Virus record (IMG/VR): IMGVR_UViG_3300027754_005796
Location: 108,834 to 172,833 of that record
Reading direction: 5' to 3' (one strand)
DNA: 64,000 nucleotides
Source: a virus
The notes beneath the pieces were generated by a model. That model ran no database searches. It had not been told where the DNA came from and saw only the letters and a program-made list of their open reading frames with translations. Made by a program: the position numbers and the translations under genes. Position 1 is the first letter of the stretch, and every line of letters begins with the position of its first letter. Positions 1-10,660 of the stretch are shown piece after piece.

Positions 1-2
1 AG

Positions 3-1487
3 AGATTTTATGATTCTTCTGGAAGCCTTTATTATGAAGCCGAATATGTTAAAAATTATTTTATCAATCAAGACATAGACGAAAATTTTAAAAAGTATTT
101 TGCCCCCACAGACATTCAAACTCTTCGTATCGATGAAGATATTACAAATTACGGCAACACTTGGAACGGGAGGTTTTTGCCACTAATTCCTTCTACCATT
201 GATAAAGCTGAAAGAAAATTTAGATCATTTATAGAAACTGCAAAATCCGCCCTTGAAGGAGATAATTTTTTTAAACTCAAAAAAGGAGATCAAGTCGTTG
301 GTATAAAAGGAGACCTGCTTGGCAAATCTAAAATAGGCTTTCGATATGGACAAATTGGTCGGGTAGCTGATTTAGTGATTGACGACGGTGTACAAGTGCA
401 TATTAGCTGGAGAGATGAAAATGCTTTAAAGGATATGGAGTTATATCAACAAGTTTATAAAAACACTCCTGCTCTCTCGGTTACAAGACGGTATCATGAG
501 CAAGATTATGACGACGCAGTCGGTATTGGTTTAACTTTCCAAAAGTTAAGCGATGAAGCAGTTGAGAAGGCAAAATCCAATTTGAAAAATGAATATCAAA
601 AAGAGTATTTGGATTTTGTTGAAAATCCTGCATATAATCCAGAGAAAATTAAAGTCGGAGACACGGTTTTTGCGACTTACAAAACAACTAATTTCGCAAG
701 ATGTATGACCGTATCTTATTTTGGTGTGGTATCCAAAGTAGAATCTATTGATGTTTATCCAGATCAAAAAGTAGTGACTTTTAATCTTGTTGTTGACAAA
801 ACAAAAACAGCAAGCTTGATGCCTCAGGAAATTTCATTGAGCGGTTTTAGCATTTCTTCATATGATTTCTGTATAAAGCTTATGCATTATAATCCAGCGA
901 ATGTGTTGCTGCATAAGAAATTGGCACATATGTTTGACATCGGCAAAGATGTATTTACAAGTCGAAGTGATTGGCAAAAGCGTTTTCAATCAAATTTAGA
1001 TGGTCAACAGTTCCAACAAAATCAAAAAGTAAAAGTTGCTGCTGGCTGGAAAACTGATGGCACAAGTGGTCAGCCATTTGTGGGTTATTTCTATCGTATG
1101 ATTAGCAACAGATTAGCACGAGTTATGAATCCAGACGGAGATTTTGAAGGAGTGCGTATCGAAAAAATGTCACCCGTAGGTAAACCAGATTTAAGACGCA
1201 ATTTATTGCAGCAAATTCAATCCTCGTCCTTATCGATTGGAGATGCTGTTAAAGTATCAAAAGGTATGCATGTCAACAAACTCGGGCATATCGTGAATTA
1301 TTCGCCTAAGAAAGGATTTGCAGGCTATTATGTCATTGTTAAGACCATGCCCAGCGACAATGCTCATAGTGAGAGAATAGTGGTAAATGCGGACGATCTT
1401 GTTCCAAGCGATGAAGTATCAAAATTGGAATCATACAAAACCATCTTAAATCGCATGAATAGATATTTTGAATGGAAAAAATTATGA
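3..1487 (+). CDS. Large phage hypothetical protein, 5'-truncated by window edge; paralogue of next ORF (KOW/SH3-like repeats)
   Basis: Frame open from base 3; shares LKKGDQ.V..GQIG.V and C-terminal G.H.NK.GHIV...T.PS....SE.IVV.A blocks with 1484..4408. Confidence 0.8.
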   Translation, partial: RFYDSSGSLYYEAEYVKNYFINQDIDENFKKYFAPTDIQTLRIDEDITNYGNTWNGRFLPLIPSTIDKAERKFRSFIETAKSALEGDNFFKLKKGDQVVGIKGDLLGKSKIGFRYGQIGRVADLVIDDGVQVHISWRDENALKDMELYQQVYKNTPALSVTRRYHEQDYDDAVGIGLTFQKLSDEAVEKAKSNLKNEYQKEYLDFVENPAYNPEKIKVGDTVFATYKTTNFARCMTVSYFGVVSKVESIDVYPDQKVVTFNLVVDKTKTASLMPQEISLSGFSISSYDFCIKLMHYNPANVLLHKKLAHMFDIGKDVFTSRSDWQKRFQSNLDGQQFQQNQKVKVAAGWKTDGTSGQPFVGYFYRMISNRLARVMNPDGDFEGVRIEKMSPVGKPDLRRNLLQQIQSSSLSIGDAVKVSKGMHVNKLGHIVNYSPKKGFAGYYVIVKTMPSDNAHSERIVVNADDLVPSDEVSKLESYKTILNRMNRYFEWKKL

Positions 1488-4408
1488 GAAATCCTTTTTT
1501 ACCAATTACTTTCGATTATTTTGAGACAGTTGCCACCGAGGATTTGCCCAAAATAAAGCCTTTGAATGGGGAATGGAAAAATTTAGATAATCCTAATGCA
1601 TATTCTGTTATTTACAATTTTGATGCCACAAAAACCGATCCAAACGATTCCACCAAAATTATAAAAGATGTCTGTGGAACAGATCGTCCCGCATATGATG
1701 TAAGATTCAGCGGTAATGATTATGGTCATGAAGGAATTAGCATCTCCTTTTACAGATGCGGAAGAACAGCAGATCATCCAGAGGGATTTGGGGGATCGGT
1801 TTTTCAAGGGGTTCAAAGAGCAATTTATGATTATGTTATGGCCAGAAAGCCATTCGCTTTGAATTGGACTCCTGTGTCAAGATCAGATGGACAGGCACGA
1901 GAAAGAGAGAGACAAAAGAGCACAAGTTCAAGACATAGAGTTTATGAAATGTTGTCCATAAGTCATTTGTTTCCCGATTATGTTTCTTATAAACCCAATC
2001 ATTGGTTGAGAAGAGATTTGTATGAAAAGGTAGCAGCACCAGAGGGTATGCCTCCAGTTGAAGATGAAATAAAAGTCAATAGTCCTCTTGCCAAAAAAAA
2101 AGCAGCGATTAATGATATGCGACAAAAAAGTTCGCAGAAGCTATTGGCAAATGCCAATCTTGCTTCAGATATAGTAAGTAAAATCAACGAATTTGGAATT
2201 CAAATAAAGAATAAAGCTTTAGAGGATATTAAAGCCAAGAGATTAGAAGCTTTGAATTTACAAATAAATGACCCTCAACAGAATCCTCATCGCTTAAAAG
2301 TTGATGATTTGGTGCATGTCAGTTTGGATTACCCAGAGGCATATAAATCCTATTTAAATGTCGAATCTAGTCATAGTTCGGTGCAGAAGATGGTGAATTC
2401 GGGTCGGGATTACGGCAAAATTGCTGATTTTAAATTTGAAAGTGTGCCTTGGGAAAATGGCAATAAAGAGATGTTGTTGGCAAAAGTTTTTCTAGTTGAT
2501 TCGAGTAATGAAGAGCACCATGATGATTCTCAATTTACAGATTATTATATTTGGTTGCCAGCAAACCTTTTGGAAAAATACGGTCACGAAAAGCGTGAAG
2601 GCAAAAGAATGTCACGCTTACAGAAATTACTTGATAACGAAACAGAAAATCCAAAAAGGTTCCAAATAGGTCAAGAAATCATTTGTGTTCCAGATGGTAA
2701 TTATGCTTATAAAGTTAGGAGAAACGCTGATGGTTTCCAAAATGCTGGCGTAGGTGAAAAGTTTAAAATTACTGATGCATACATTGATCCGATTAGTGGT
2801 TCAATAGATCTAAAAGCAAAATTTTTAGAAAATGTTTTAGAAGCCGAAGTTCCTGATTGGTTAAGCGCAATAATAAATCCATCTGATGTTGGTGTTTATA
2901 GTGATCGGACCATAGGATTTCATCCTAAAGACCGTGCTGTAAAACATGCAAATAGCACATCAATTGCAAAAGTAAAGATAGACTATAAAAAAGTTTATGA
3001 CGCACTCAGTCGTCTCGTGGTAGGAGGTGAAAACCGTCTTGGTTTAAAAAAAGGCGACCAAATTGTTTTTGTAAAATCAGTAGATATTTCAGAAATTGCA
3101 AAAAACCTACCCATTGGTCAAATTGGAAAGGTTCATAAGATTATATTAGAAAGTAGCCTAGTTCCAGATCAGATAGAAATAGACAATGTCGAATTTATAA
3201 TTAATTGGACTAACAAAAACATACTTGAAGATGACTCTAGATTTATAGATGTATACGCCGGAATAGGAAGAACATTAAGTTTGGCGAAAAGCAATGGTAA
3301 TAAAGACGAAAAATATTCACAAGATGATGTGAGAATTAAAAAACTAAATGAAGAATCGCAGGCTCTTGTCAAAAATAATTTTGAAAAGATGTATAAGAAA
3401 TATCAAGAAATTATCAATCAAGAAATGACCAATAGTGCCAACAAATATGGTTTGAAGCCGGGGGACGAAGTAATTGTGACTTCCAAGAAAAATCCTAAAT
3501 TTATTTATAATTTTTGTCAACAATATTTAAAGTACATAGGTGTAGGTAAGCTGCTTTCTTTTAAACTTCAAATTTCATACGATTTTTTAGAAGACCAAAA
3601 TTACACAAGCGTAAAAGCAGATATCGAATATGATGTAGAAAAAACACAAGCTTTGACTGGACAGAAGTCAAACAGCAATCGTGGGCTTATCGATGTTGGT
3701 TTAGAAGATTGTTTAGATGTCGTGCCTTACAATCCAGCACAAATTCTCAATGTGAAAAATCTATTGCACAACATCCAAGTTGTTACAAAAACCAGTAAAA
3801 CCAAAGACTTTATTGACAGGCAAGTCAACAAATATTATAGTGATGCAGGTGCTTTCCACACAACCGATGGCGACAAAATATTTCCTAAGGATGCTATTTT
3901 TTACAATGTGAATGATGAATGGCATCGTGGAATATATATTGGAAATAAAAATGAACGCTTGGCGTATGTGGCTAAAAATACAAACACACAGTTTGAAGAG
4001 GTGCCTTATGAAGACATCAAGTCTGTTAATCCTCAAAAATCAAAAGCAAAAAAATCTTTTTTGAAACATGGCGGTACAGCTTTTCTTCCTACTTCTTCCC
4101 CGGATGCAATTTTTGGGATGGTTGGTCTAGCATTAGGAGATCCGGTTGATGTGGTTGCTGGAGAGCACGCAAACAAATCTGGACACATTGTAAGCTGGAG
4201 GCGTTTACGGGGAGTTCCTTTTGCCAGCCCCTCTGATGGTCGTGGAGATATGGGTGCAGTCATTTCAACTTATCCATCGCCTGACAAGCCGAGCGAAACT
4301 ATCGTTGTCCCAGCATCTTCTCTCAAAAAGAGCGAAACCCTACATAGATTTGAATCTTTTAGCGGTTTTCTCTCCCTGCTCAACCGTTTTCTTGTTGAAA
4401 GACTCTGA
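1484..4408 (+). CDS. Large phage hypothetical protein with repeated LK.GD.V (KOW/SH3-like) modules
   Basis: ~975 aa ORF; ATG 1484 overlaps upstream stop; internal repeats. Confidence 0.8.
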   Translation: MRNPFLPITFDYFETVATEDLPKIKPLNGEWKNLDNPNAYSVIYNFDATKTDPNDSTKIIKDVCGTDRPAYDVRFSGNDYGHEGISISFYRCGRTADHPEGFGGSVFQGVQRAIYDYVMARKPFALNWTPVSRSDGQARERERQKSTSSRHRVYEMLSISHLFPDYVSYKPNHWLRRDLYEKVAAPEGMPPVEDEIKVNSPLAKKKAAINDMRQKSSQKLLANANLASDIVSKINEFGIQIKNKALEDIKAKRLEALNLQINDPQQNPHRLKVDDLVHVSLDYPEAYKSYLNVESSHSSVQKMVNSGRDYGKIADFKFESVPWENGNKEMLLAKVFLVDSSNEEHHDDSQFTDYYIWLPANLLEKYGHEKREGKRMSRLQKLLDNETENPKRFQIGQEIICVPDGNYAYKVRRNADGFQNAGVGEKFKITDAYIDPISGSIDLKAKFLENVLEAEVPDWLSAIINPSDVGVYSDRTIGFHPKDRAVKHANSTSIAKVKIDYKKVYDALSRLVVGGENRLGLKKGDQIVFVKSVDISEIAKNLPIGQIGKVHKIILESSLVPDQIEIDNVEFIINWTNKNILEDDSRFIDVYAGIGRTLSLAKSNGNKDEKYSQDDVRIKKLNEESQALVKNNFEKMYKKYQEIINQEMTNSANKYGLKPGDEVIVTSKKNPKFIYNFCQQYLKYIGVGKLLSFKLQISYDFLEDQNYTSVKADIEYDVEKTQALTGQKSNSNRGLIDVGLEDCLDVVPYNPAQILNVKNLLHNIQVVTKTSKTKDFIDRQVNKYYSDAGAFHTTDGDKIFPKDAIFYNVNDEWHRGIYIGNKNERLAYVAKNTNTQFEEVPYEDIKSVNPQKSKAKKSFLKHGGTAFLPTSSPDAIFGMVGLALGDPVDVVAGEHANKSGHIVSWRRLRGVPFASPSDGRGDMGAVISTYPSPDKPSETIVVPASSLKKSETLHRFESFSGFLSLLNRFLVERL

Positions 4409-4431
4409 TACAACATCGGAGGTATTTGATC

Positions 4432-4650
4432 ATGGATAAATATTTAAAAATACTTGCAGCCTTTGAACAGGCTGGTGCTTTTATGCAAGTGGTGGCAAGT
4501 TTTCTTGCTACCTACCACAAAAGCTTAATTGAAAACGGCTTCCAGCGAGATGAAGCCCTGAAACTCGTCTCGGCACTTCAAAGAGAAATGATTCGTGAAG
4601 GTTTGCGCATGAACGATGACGATGAACCCGAAGAGCAAAGTGAAGAATAA
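4432..4650 (+). CDS. Hypothetical protein
   Basis: GGAGG upstream; abuts PTH2 gene. Confidence 0.7.
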   Translation: MDKYLKILAAFEQAGAFMQVVASFLATYHKSLIENGFQRDEALKLVSALQREMIREGLRMNDDDEPEEQSEE

Positions 4651-5055
4651 ATGTCTGTCAAGCAAGTCATAATTTGGAGGCACGATCTTAAGTGTCGTCT
4701 GGGTAAAAAGATGGCGCAAGCAGGTCACGCTGCTCTTGCACCCTTCTTTGAAACATTTCAAAATAGTACAGATGCAGATGGAAATGTCGTTTTTAAAATG
4801 ACACTATCCCAGTTCGAGTGGTATTTGGGAAATCAAAAGAAAATTGTTTTACGGGTGGATACTGAAGCTGATTTGTTGTTTTTGTATCAAAGGGCCAAAG
4901 AGTTGCGAATTCCTGCTTATTTGATTGTTGACAGCGGTTTGACTGAGTGGGATGAGCCCACCAAGACTTGCATATCACTTGGTCCATCTGAAGAAAAGAT
5001 TATTGATGAATTGACAGGAGAGAAAGGACCTTTGGGTAAGTTGCAACTCCTTTAA
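4651..5055 (+). CDS. pth2: Peptidyl-tRNA hydrolase, PTH2 family
   Basis: KQVII.R.DL...GK..AQAGHA, QKKIVL, DSGLTE, T.TCISLGP motifs. Confidence 0.92.
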   Translation: MSVKQVIIWRHDLKCRLGKKMAQAGHAALAPFFETFQNSTDADGNVVFKMTLSQFEWYLGNQKKIVLRVDTEADLLFLYQRAKELRIPAYLIVDSGLTEWDEPTKTCISLGPSEEKIIDELTGEKGPLGKLQLL

Positions 5056-5087
5056 AATATGCTCCACATAGAAGTAGATACTTTTAT

Positions 5088-5714
5088 ATGGAGGTGCGGG
5101 TGTCTGTTGCTCATAGGAAAGTTCTGGTTTTGAATAAATCGTGGCGACCAGTTGGTGTCATCACGGTCGAAAAAGCTTTACAAAAAGTATTTTCAACATA
5201 TATTGATGGCACTCCAAAAGCCAAAATCGTTGATGCCGTTAATGATTTTGCCACATTTACTTGGGAAGACTGGTCTAAATTAATTCCCAAAGATGATGAA
5301 CTTAAACTAAGGACAGTAAATGCTGTTTTCCGTGTGCCTGAAGTAATTCAATATACCCGTTATGACAAAGTGCCTAACCATAAGGTGCATTACAATCGAA
5401 GAACTATTTATCGGCGTGATAATTTTCGCTGTCAATATTGCGGCAAGCGGAAAACCACCAGCGAATTGAGTCTTGATCATGTGATCCCAAGATGTCAGGG
5501 AGGTCTGACAAATTGGGAAAATATTGTGGTGGCATGCACAGACTGTAATAGTCGCAAAGCTGGCAGAACTCCGAAAGAGGCTGGTATGAAGCTGTTGCGA
5601 CCACCTTTTAAACCCAAGCATGATTTCCTTGTCGAAGATATTCGTGTTGATTCTTGGACCGCTTTCTTAGGAGAAGCATATTGGAATGTTATGTTGGAAA
5701 ATGACATAAAATAG
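5088..5714 (+). CDS. HNH endonuclease (McrA/HNH_5-like)
   Basis: VLVLN N-terminus; RDNFRCQYCG...LDHVIP...GG...WENIV.AC..CN..K. Confidence 0.92.
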   Translation: MEVRVSVAHRKVLVLNKSWRPVGVITVEKALQKVFSTYIDGTPKAKIVDAVNDFATFTWEDWSKLIPKDDELKLRTVNAVFRVPEVIQYTRYDKVPNHKVHYNRRTIYRRDNFRCQYCGKRKTTSELSLDHVIPRCQGGLTNWENIVVACTDCNSRKAGRTPKEAGMKLLRPPFKPKHDFLVEDIRVDSWTAFLGEAYWNVMLENDIK

Positions 5715-5746
5715 CTTAAAATTGATTATTTAAAGGAGTCCTGCGA

Positions 5747-5935
5747 ATGTGGTTGAAATTATCGACGCAATGGATTAATATGGCGCACATGGTGCGTGTA
5801 GAGATTAAGGTTGAAGGTGGCAAGAAAATTGCCACCTTTTATTCTACAAAAACTGGTGGTCAGGACCGCACATTTGTTGAAGGTGCTGACGCAGAGGTAG
5901 TTGAAAAACACCTCTCCCAAAACAGCTTTGCTTAA
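5747..5935 (+). CDS. Small hypothetical protein
   Basis: AAGGAG SD; 62 aa. Confidence 0.7.
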   Translation: MWLKLSTQWINMAHMVRVEIKVEGGKKIATFYSTKTGGQDRTFVEGADAEVVEKHLSQNSFA

Positions 5936-5951
5936 TGAAAGCGAGACGGGG

Positions 5952-7103
5952 ATGTTGTCTATATTTTTAACATTTGCAGCATCCTTCGTTGGTTTGTGGG
6001 CGTTCTTCAAATATATTTTGTTGATTGAAATTCGAGTTGATGCCAACACATTCAAAACTTTCTATGAATATTTCAAAAATGACAGGATGTTTCTATTACA
6101 TGAGGAATTCACCTCTGAAACAAGACATCCAATTCATTACGCTGCCTTTTGTTGCCCACGCAATATGCCTTGGTTTTTTCTTTCTCACTCAGAAAGACTG
6201 ATGCAGGCTGGCTGGATCAGCAAAGATTATGTGACAATAATTACCTGTTTTAGATGGCGTTATCGTTTCTTGAAAAATTTTCTGCAAACAAAATTAGTTG
6301 AGTCCAGTTTCAAGACTCATGGCATACCAGTTCAATTGTTGTTGCCATATGGTTTGGATCGTATTGGCGCATTGAAAGAACAAGCTCCTGAGCCTGTAGT
6401 CGATAGGTCGCTCTGGGAAGACTTGGAGAAAGAAGTTCAAGAAATTCTTAAGGGTTCCAGAAGAAAGACGGGAGCTTTGCTCTACGGTCCACCCGGAAAT
6501 GGCAAAACAAGTTTGGTCAAGTATATTGCAACCAAATACAGGTTGCCGATTATGATTTTTACTTTGAATCCCGAATGGAATAATCAGGACATGCTAATGT
6601 TGTTCAGCAATATTCCTCAAGGCTGTATAGTCTTAATGGAAGATTTTGATAATTATTTTGACAAGCGTGTATGCATTGTCGGAAATGGCGATAAAGGTTG
6701 TGTTAAATTCACATATGATGTCATTTTGAATGGTCTTGACGGCGTTTACAACACATATGAGCGTGTCGTATTCATAATGACCGTCAATGATAAAAACAAA
6801 GTTGATGATGCCCTGATGAATCGGCCAAGTCGATTTAAGTTTGCTCGTGAGTTTGCTAATCCAGACCTTGCTGTGCGAATAAAACTTCTTGGAGAGGATT
6901 GGGCTGCAAGCACAGAAGGACTAAATTTGGATCAAATCTACAGACTGCAAGAGTATCAAAAACAAGGAAACAGTCTGGTTGAAGGCACCAAGAAATTAAA
7001 CATCAAAGCAAACGCTGTTGAGAAAAAAGAGGCTTTGTCTGTTTTTCTCGCAAGCGCCATCTCATCAAATCAAGACATAGTCAATGAATTCAAGTTCAAG
7101 TAA
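5952..7103 (+). CDS. Membrane-anchored AAA+ ATPase (BCS1-like)
   Basis: N-terminal TM; LLYGPPGNGKT, IVLMEDFD, LNGLDG, RPSRF. Confidence 0.85.
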   Translation: MLSIFLTFAASFVGLWAFFKYILLIEIRVDANTFKTFYEYFKNDRMFLLHEEFTSETRHPIHYAAFCCPRNMPWFFLSHSERLMQAGWISKDYVTIITCFRWRYRFLKNFLQTKLVESSFKTHGIPVQLLLPYGLDRIGALKEQAPEPVVDRSLWEDLEKEVQEILKGSRRKTGALLYGPPGNGKTSLVKYIATKYRLPIMIFTLNPEWNNQDMLMLFSNIPQGCIVLMEDFDNYFDKRVCIVGNGDKGCVKFTYDVILNGLDGVYNTYERVVFIMTVNDKNKVDDALMNRPSRFKFAREFANPDLAVRIKLLGEDWAASTEGLNLDQIYRLQEYQKQGNSLVEGTKKLNIKANAVEKKEALSVFLASAISSNQDIVNEFKFK

Positions 7104-7976
7104 ATTTCTCGGAAATTCTTCACCGGATGCAAACTTTTGATTTGCGCTATTTTTGAATTTCTCCTTGATTCTTCGTAAAATGTTTGGATTGTGTGTGAAA
7201 AACATTTCCACATCTCTCTTTGTTTCTTTTTCGCTGAGAATTGAGTAGCCTGCTGTCTTAAAGGTTTTTTTGTAGCTTTCCTGTGGATCAAGCAATTTGT
7301 GCGAAGTTAGTGTTTTGACACCCATGTTGCCGAGTTCTTCTTCGTTAAAAATAAGATGAATAAATGCTTTGTTGTTATCAGCATGGGCACCATGTCTGGA
7401 CACCCAAGGATGACATCTTAAACATATCTTGCAATCTTCGGTTTTTATAGATTTTATTTTTTCCAAAGTCTGATCAAAGTCTCCTGTGTGATCCATCACA
7501 TCGTGCGCTAGGATGATGTCGTAAGGACCGTTTTTTTCCACATCTGTCCATGAATTTGTGAGTAATAAATTATTTGTGTTTTCAAATTTCCAATCTTGTT
7601 TTTTTGCGTCACATCCTACAACTTTTCTTGGTCCGTGAAGGTTGGTCATCACATACGCAACATGTCCTTCACCGCAGCCGATTTGCAGCACAGTTTTGTC
7701 AATCATATCTACTTTGATCAACTCGTGGACTATTTTTGCGCCTTGGTGCAATTTTTCATCTTCAGTTGTGCATATTTCCTCTGAAGGGATCGCATCTGGC
7801 CACACGCCTGATTTGGATAACATTCTGAGTTCTGTAATTTCTTTTAATTTTTCGTGATCAGTCTTGGGTTCAGGAGGCAGGGCTTTTTCTTCTGCAAGCA
7901 ATTTTTGCATAAAATGCATCATGGCTTCCATATGGCTAATAAACTGTTTGACCGTTTGAATTTCAATTTTCGTCAT
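7065..7976 (-). CDS. Class I SAM-dependent methyltransferase-like protein
   Basis: VLQIGCGEG motif I; YDIILAHDVMDH; HPW.SRHG.H. Confidence 0.8.
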   Translation of the reverse strand: MTKIEIQTVKQFISHMEAMMHFMQKLLAEEKALPPEPKTDHEKLKEITELRMLSKSGVWPDAIPSEEICTTEDEKLHQGAKIVHELIKVDMIDKTVLQIGCGEGHVAYVMTNLHGPRKVVGCDAKKQDWKFENTNNLLLTNSWTDVEKNGPYDIILAHDVMDHTGDFDQTLEKIKSIKTEDCKICLRCHPWVSRHGAHADNNKAFIHLIFNEEELGNMGVKTLTSHKLLDPQESYKKTFKTAGYSILSEKETKRDVEMFFTHNPNILRRIKEKFKNSANQKFASGEEFPRNLLELEFIDYVLI

Positions 7977-7978
7977 GA

Positions 7979-9253
7979 TTACCTCTGAACCACTAAGAGT
8001 TTGTTGTTGCAATATAGACTGAATTGAACGCCTTCATTTTGTAGGTGGGCAACGATCCTATTGTCGCAATGCAGGTCTTCTATGATGTAAAGACCGTTGT
8101 TGTCCAGAAGTTTGAAGAAGTTGTTGAAGGATAATATCTGCGCATCATAAACATGAGGTCCATCATCTATAATTATGTCATATTTTTGTCCTAGTTTGAC
8201 AATTTTATCGTGATCTTTTTGTTCAAACTGGTTGATCTGATGAAACCCGAAGTTCGGCATGGTTTGTTCCAAGTCTGAACAATCTGCGATGTCAAGCCCT
8301 GTGATTTCGATGTTCTGGAAGTATGAATCCCATATTTTGATTGAGGCATAAGGAAATCTGGGATCGCTGATGCCTATTTCTAGTAGCTTTGTAGGACAAA
8401 GTCTTCTGCTTGTAAACAGACTTTCATAAACCTCTGTGTAAGAATGTTTTTCACCAACTTCTGTGCCTTTATCTGAACCTATGTAATTAGTAATTTTCGT
8501 CAAAGGCATAGAGGTGGAGAGTGCCTTAAGTCTTTGAAATTTTTCGACTTGTTCATTATTCATTTTTGTTTGGAAGAACTCAGTCCAGAATTCGTCATTT
8601 AGTGCATCAAAGTTGTAATTGTAATTTGTATTTGCAATGCAATAAGAGTCGGATATGGGCGCTACCTTGCCGCAAATTGATTCTGCTGCCCATCTGCTTG
8701 TTTCGGCTGGAAGTTTCATTTCCAACATTCTCTGCGTGTTGAACCAGAAATAAGTTCCGCTGAAATGCCAGTCGCTGCAAACCCAAGGAGCGCATGAAAC
8801 ATCTTTTCTCAAGCATCCGGCAAAAATGTTGTAAAACATGTTCAATTCAATGTGTGGAGTAAATTCTTTTTCAAGGTTGAAGTAGTACATGGCGATGATC
8901 CAGTTCAGGCAATTTTGGTAAGTATCATCGTGAGTTGTTCCTTTGTTGTGGCAATAAAAAGTGATGCTGCGTTGGTTTTTCAGCCGATGTATTTGTTCTT
9001 GAAAATAGGCGCTTTCTCGGCACTCGGAATCATTTTTGACAAATTCAATTTCTTTGTTGGGGAAAAAACTGAAAAGATCGATAATTCTCTTTTTATTTTT
9101 GATGGATTTATCGGAAGCCAAGTAAATTATGATTTGTCCGTCAAAAACATTGTTGTAATGTTTGAGTAGGTTGAGATGTGTCAAAAAATTCTTGTCTATG
9201 AAGTCTTCGTTTTGAAGATAGGCATAGAACATGAGATTTTTCGTAAATGACAT
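7979..9253 (-). CDS. Fusion: glycosyltransferase-like N-domain plus methyltransferase C-domain
   Basis: FYCHNKG..H / HFSGTYFW; SDKG...HSY..YE, LLEIGI, YDIIIDDG.H, YIIEDLH. Confidence 0.75.
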   Translation of the reverse strand: MSFTKNLMFYAYLQNEDFIDKNFLTHLNLLKHYNNVFDGQIIIYLASDKSIKNKKRIIDLFSFFPNKEIEFVKNDSECRESAYFQEQIHRLKNQRSITFYCHNKGTTHDDTYQNCLNWIIAMYYFNLEKEFTPHIELNMFYNIFAGCLRKDVSCAPWVCSDWHFSGTYFWFNTQRMLEMKLPAETSRWAAESICGKVAPISDSYCIANTNYNYNFDALNDEFWTEFFQTKMNNEQVEKFQRLKALSTSMPLTKITNYIGSDKGTEVGEKHSYTEVYESLFTSRRLCPTKLLEIGISDPRFPYASIKIWDSYFQNIEITGLDIADCSDLEQTMPNFGFHQINQFEQKDHDKIVKLGQKYDIIIDDGPHVYDAQILSFNNFFKLLDNNGLYIIEDLHCDNRIVAHLQNEGVQFSLYCNNKLLVVQR

Positions 9254-9311
9254 TTGAGGCTCCGTGTTAATCTACTCTAATAGAGAAAACCTAGATTAAT
9301 TTGGAGTTTTC

Positions 9312-10079
9312 ATGGAAGACAAAATATTTGTTAAACGCAGCGTAACGGATCAGCCTTTTTACATGATGCCGGTTGAAATAATTATTCCATATCATAATCA
9401 ACTCACCAAAGTTGCTAATCTTTTGAATGATATATTTTCCACAGTCACCACAAATCGATATCTTGTTACTTTAGTTGATGATGGCTCGGACAACAACACT
9501 TTACCCGATCAGATTAAAGACCGAAAATTAGATGGAATACGCATCTTGTCACATGCTAAATGCCAAGGATTTGGAGCAGCAGTCAATACTGCGCTTAAAA
9601 ATCCATTTTCAGATAAAATTCCATATGTCCTGATTTTGCACTCCGATGTCGGACTCAGAGATTTGAGTTGGTTGCAAAATTTGGGGACATCTTTGATAAA
9701 AATGAAATCAGATGGAGTTAAGATGATATCTCCAACCACCAATAATCCTGTGGCAAGCTATGATTGTATGAAAGCCACAAATTCTTTGGAAAAGCCTGAT
9801 TTTATTTTAAATAATGAATATTTGCCAATGTACGCAGCACTTTGCCACCGTGAACTTTTTTCGAGAGTTGGGCTGATGACAGAGTGTCCTTATGCTGGCA
9901 CGGAGGTAGAGGAGTTTGCAGATCGTATGCGGAAAAATAATTTCCGACAGGCGATTTGTGGTTCAAGTTGGGTTTACCATGAAGGAAATGCAAGTTTGTC
10001 GCATTTTTCCAAAAATAAAAAAATTCAGGAAATTATAAGCAAAACCAGACAGGAGTATTTGTCTAAAAAATTGGTTTGA
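9312..10079 (+). CDS. Glycosyltransferase family 2
   Basis: IIIPYHN, LVDDGS, GFGAAVN, ILHSDV, VYHEG. Confidence 0.88.
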   Translation: MEDKIFVKRSVTDQPFYMMPVEIIIPYHNQLTKVANLLNDIFSTVTTNRYLVTLVDDGSDNNTLPDQIKDRKLDGIRILSHAKCQGFGAAVNTALKNPFSDKIPYVLILHSDVGLRDLSWLQNLGTSLIKMKSDGVKMISPTTNNPVASYDCMKATNSLEKPDFILNNEYLPMYAALCHRELFSRVGLMTECPYAGTEVEEFADRMRKNNFRQAICGSSWVYHEGNASLSHFSKNKKIQEIISKTRQEYLSKKLV

Positions 10080-10104
10080 CATAGTAAGTGTGAAAGGTTA
10101 GAGT
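10076..10104 (+). promoter_or_regulatory. Sigma-70-like promoter TTGACA-N17-TAGAGT
   Basis: Near-consensus hexamers with 17-bp spacer upstream of 10146. Confidence 0.55.
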
Positions 10105-10145
10105 CTTGGACTCTTGGCCAATCACTTCGAGTATGGAGGTAAGTC

Positions 10146-10607
10146 ATGGGTAAGATAGTGAGCGTTATTTTTGGTTTTTTTGGGTTTTTTGCGACTTTGG
10201 TCAGTTTGTATTTTGTCTACGATGCCTGCAATGTGCATCAACGATTTGAAATGAAAGAGATTGCGCTGCAAACGGAACGATTTAGAGCAGAAAATCTATA
10301 TGATGAAGTTTCTGCTCTAAGGTATAAGTTATCAGACAGACCAACATATCTGGATGGTTATCGAGACGCTGTTTTGCGTGCTGGAGTCCCCAACAATTCC
10401 GGTTCGTACAAGGATGGATTTTACGCAGCGTTTACCATGATGGGCGAAGGATCGTTTTTGGATGGCATGAATGTCGCAAGAGCGCAATTTGGCCTGTCTC
10501 AAATCGTTTTGCCAACCAAAGAAACCGTAGGTCCACCCACCATGATGGATAGGGTAAAGCTTTTGGAGGAATTTGAAAAAACTTCACCACTCAAAACAAA
10601 CAAGTAA
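10146..10607 (+). CDS. Membrane-anchored hypothetical protein (Y.DGY repeats), probable distant paralogue of 42687..43271
   Basis: N-terminal TM; GGAGG SD. Confidence 0.75.
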   Translation: MGKIVSVIFGFFGFFATLVSLYFVYDACNVHQRFEMKEIALQTERFRAENLYDEVSALRYKLSDRPTYLDGYRDAVLRAGVPNNSGSYKDGFYAAFTMMGEGSFLDGMNVARAQFGLSQIVLPTKETVGPPTMMDRVKLLEEFEKTSPLKTNK

Positions 10608-10660
10608 TTTTCGTGTTATATTGGTTCTAGAGGATGAGCAAACTACGCAGGAGGTGACGG

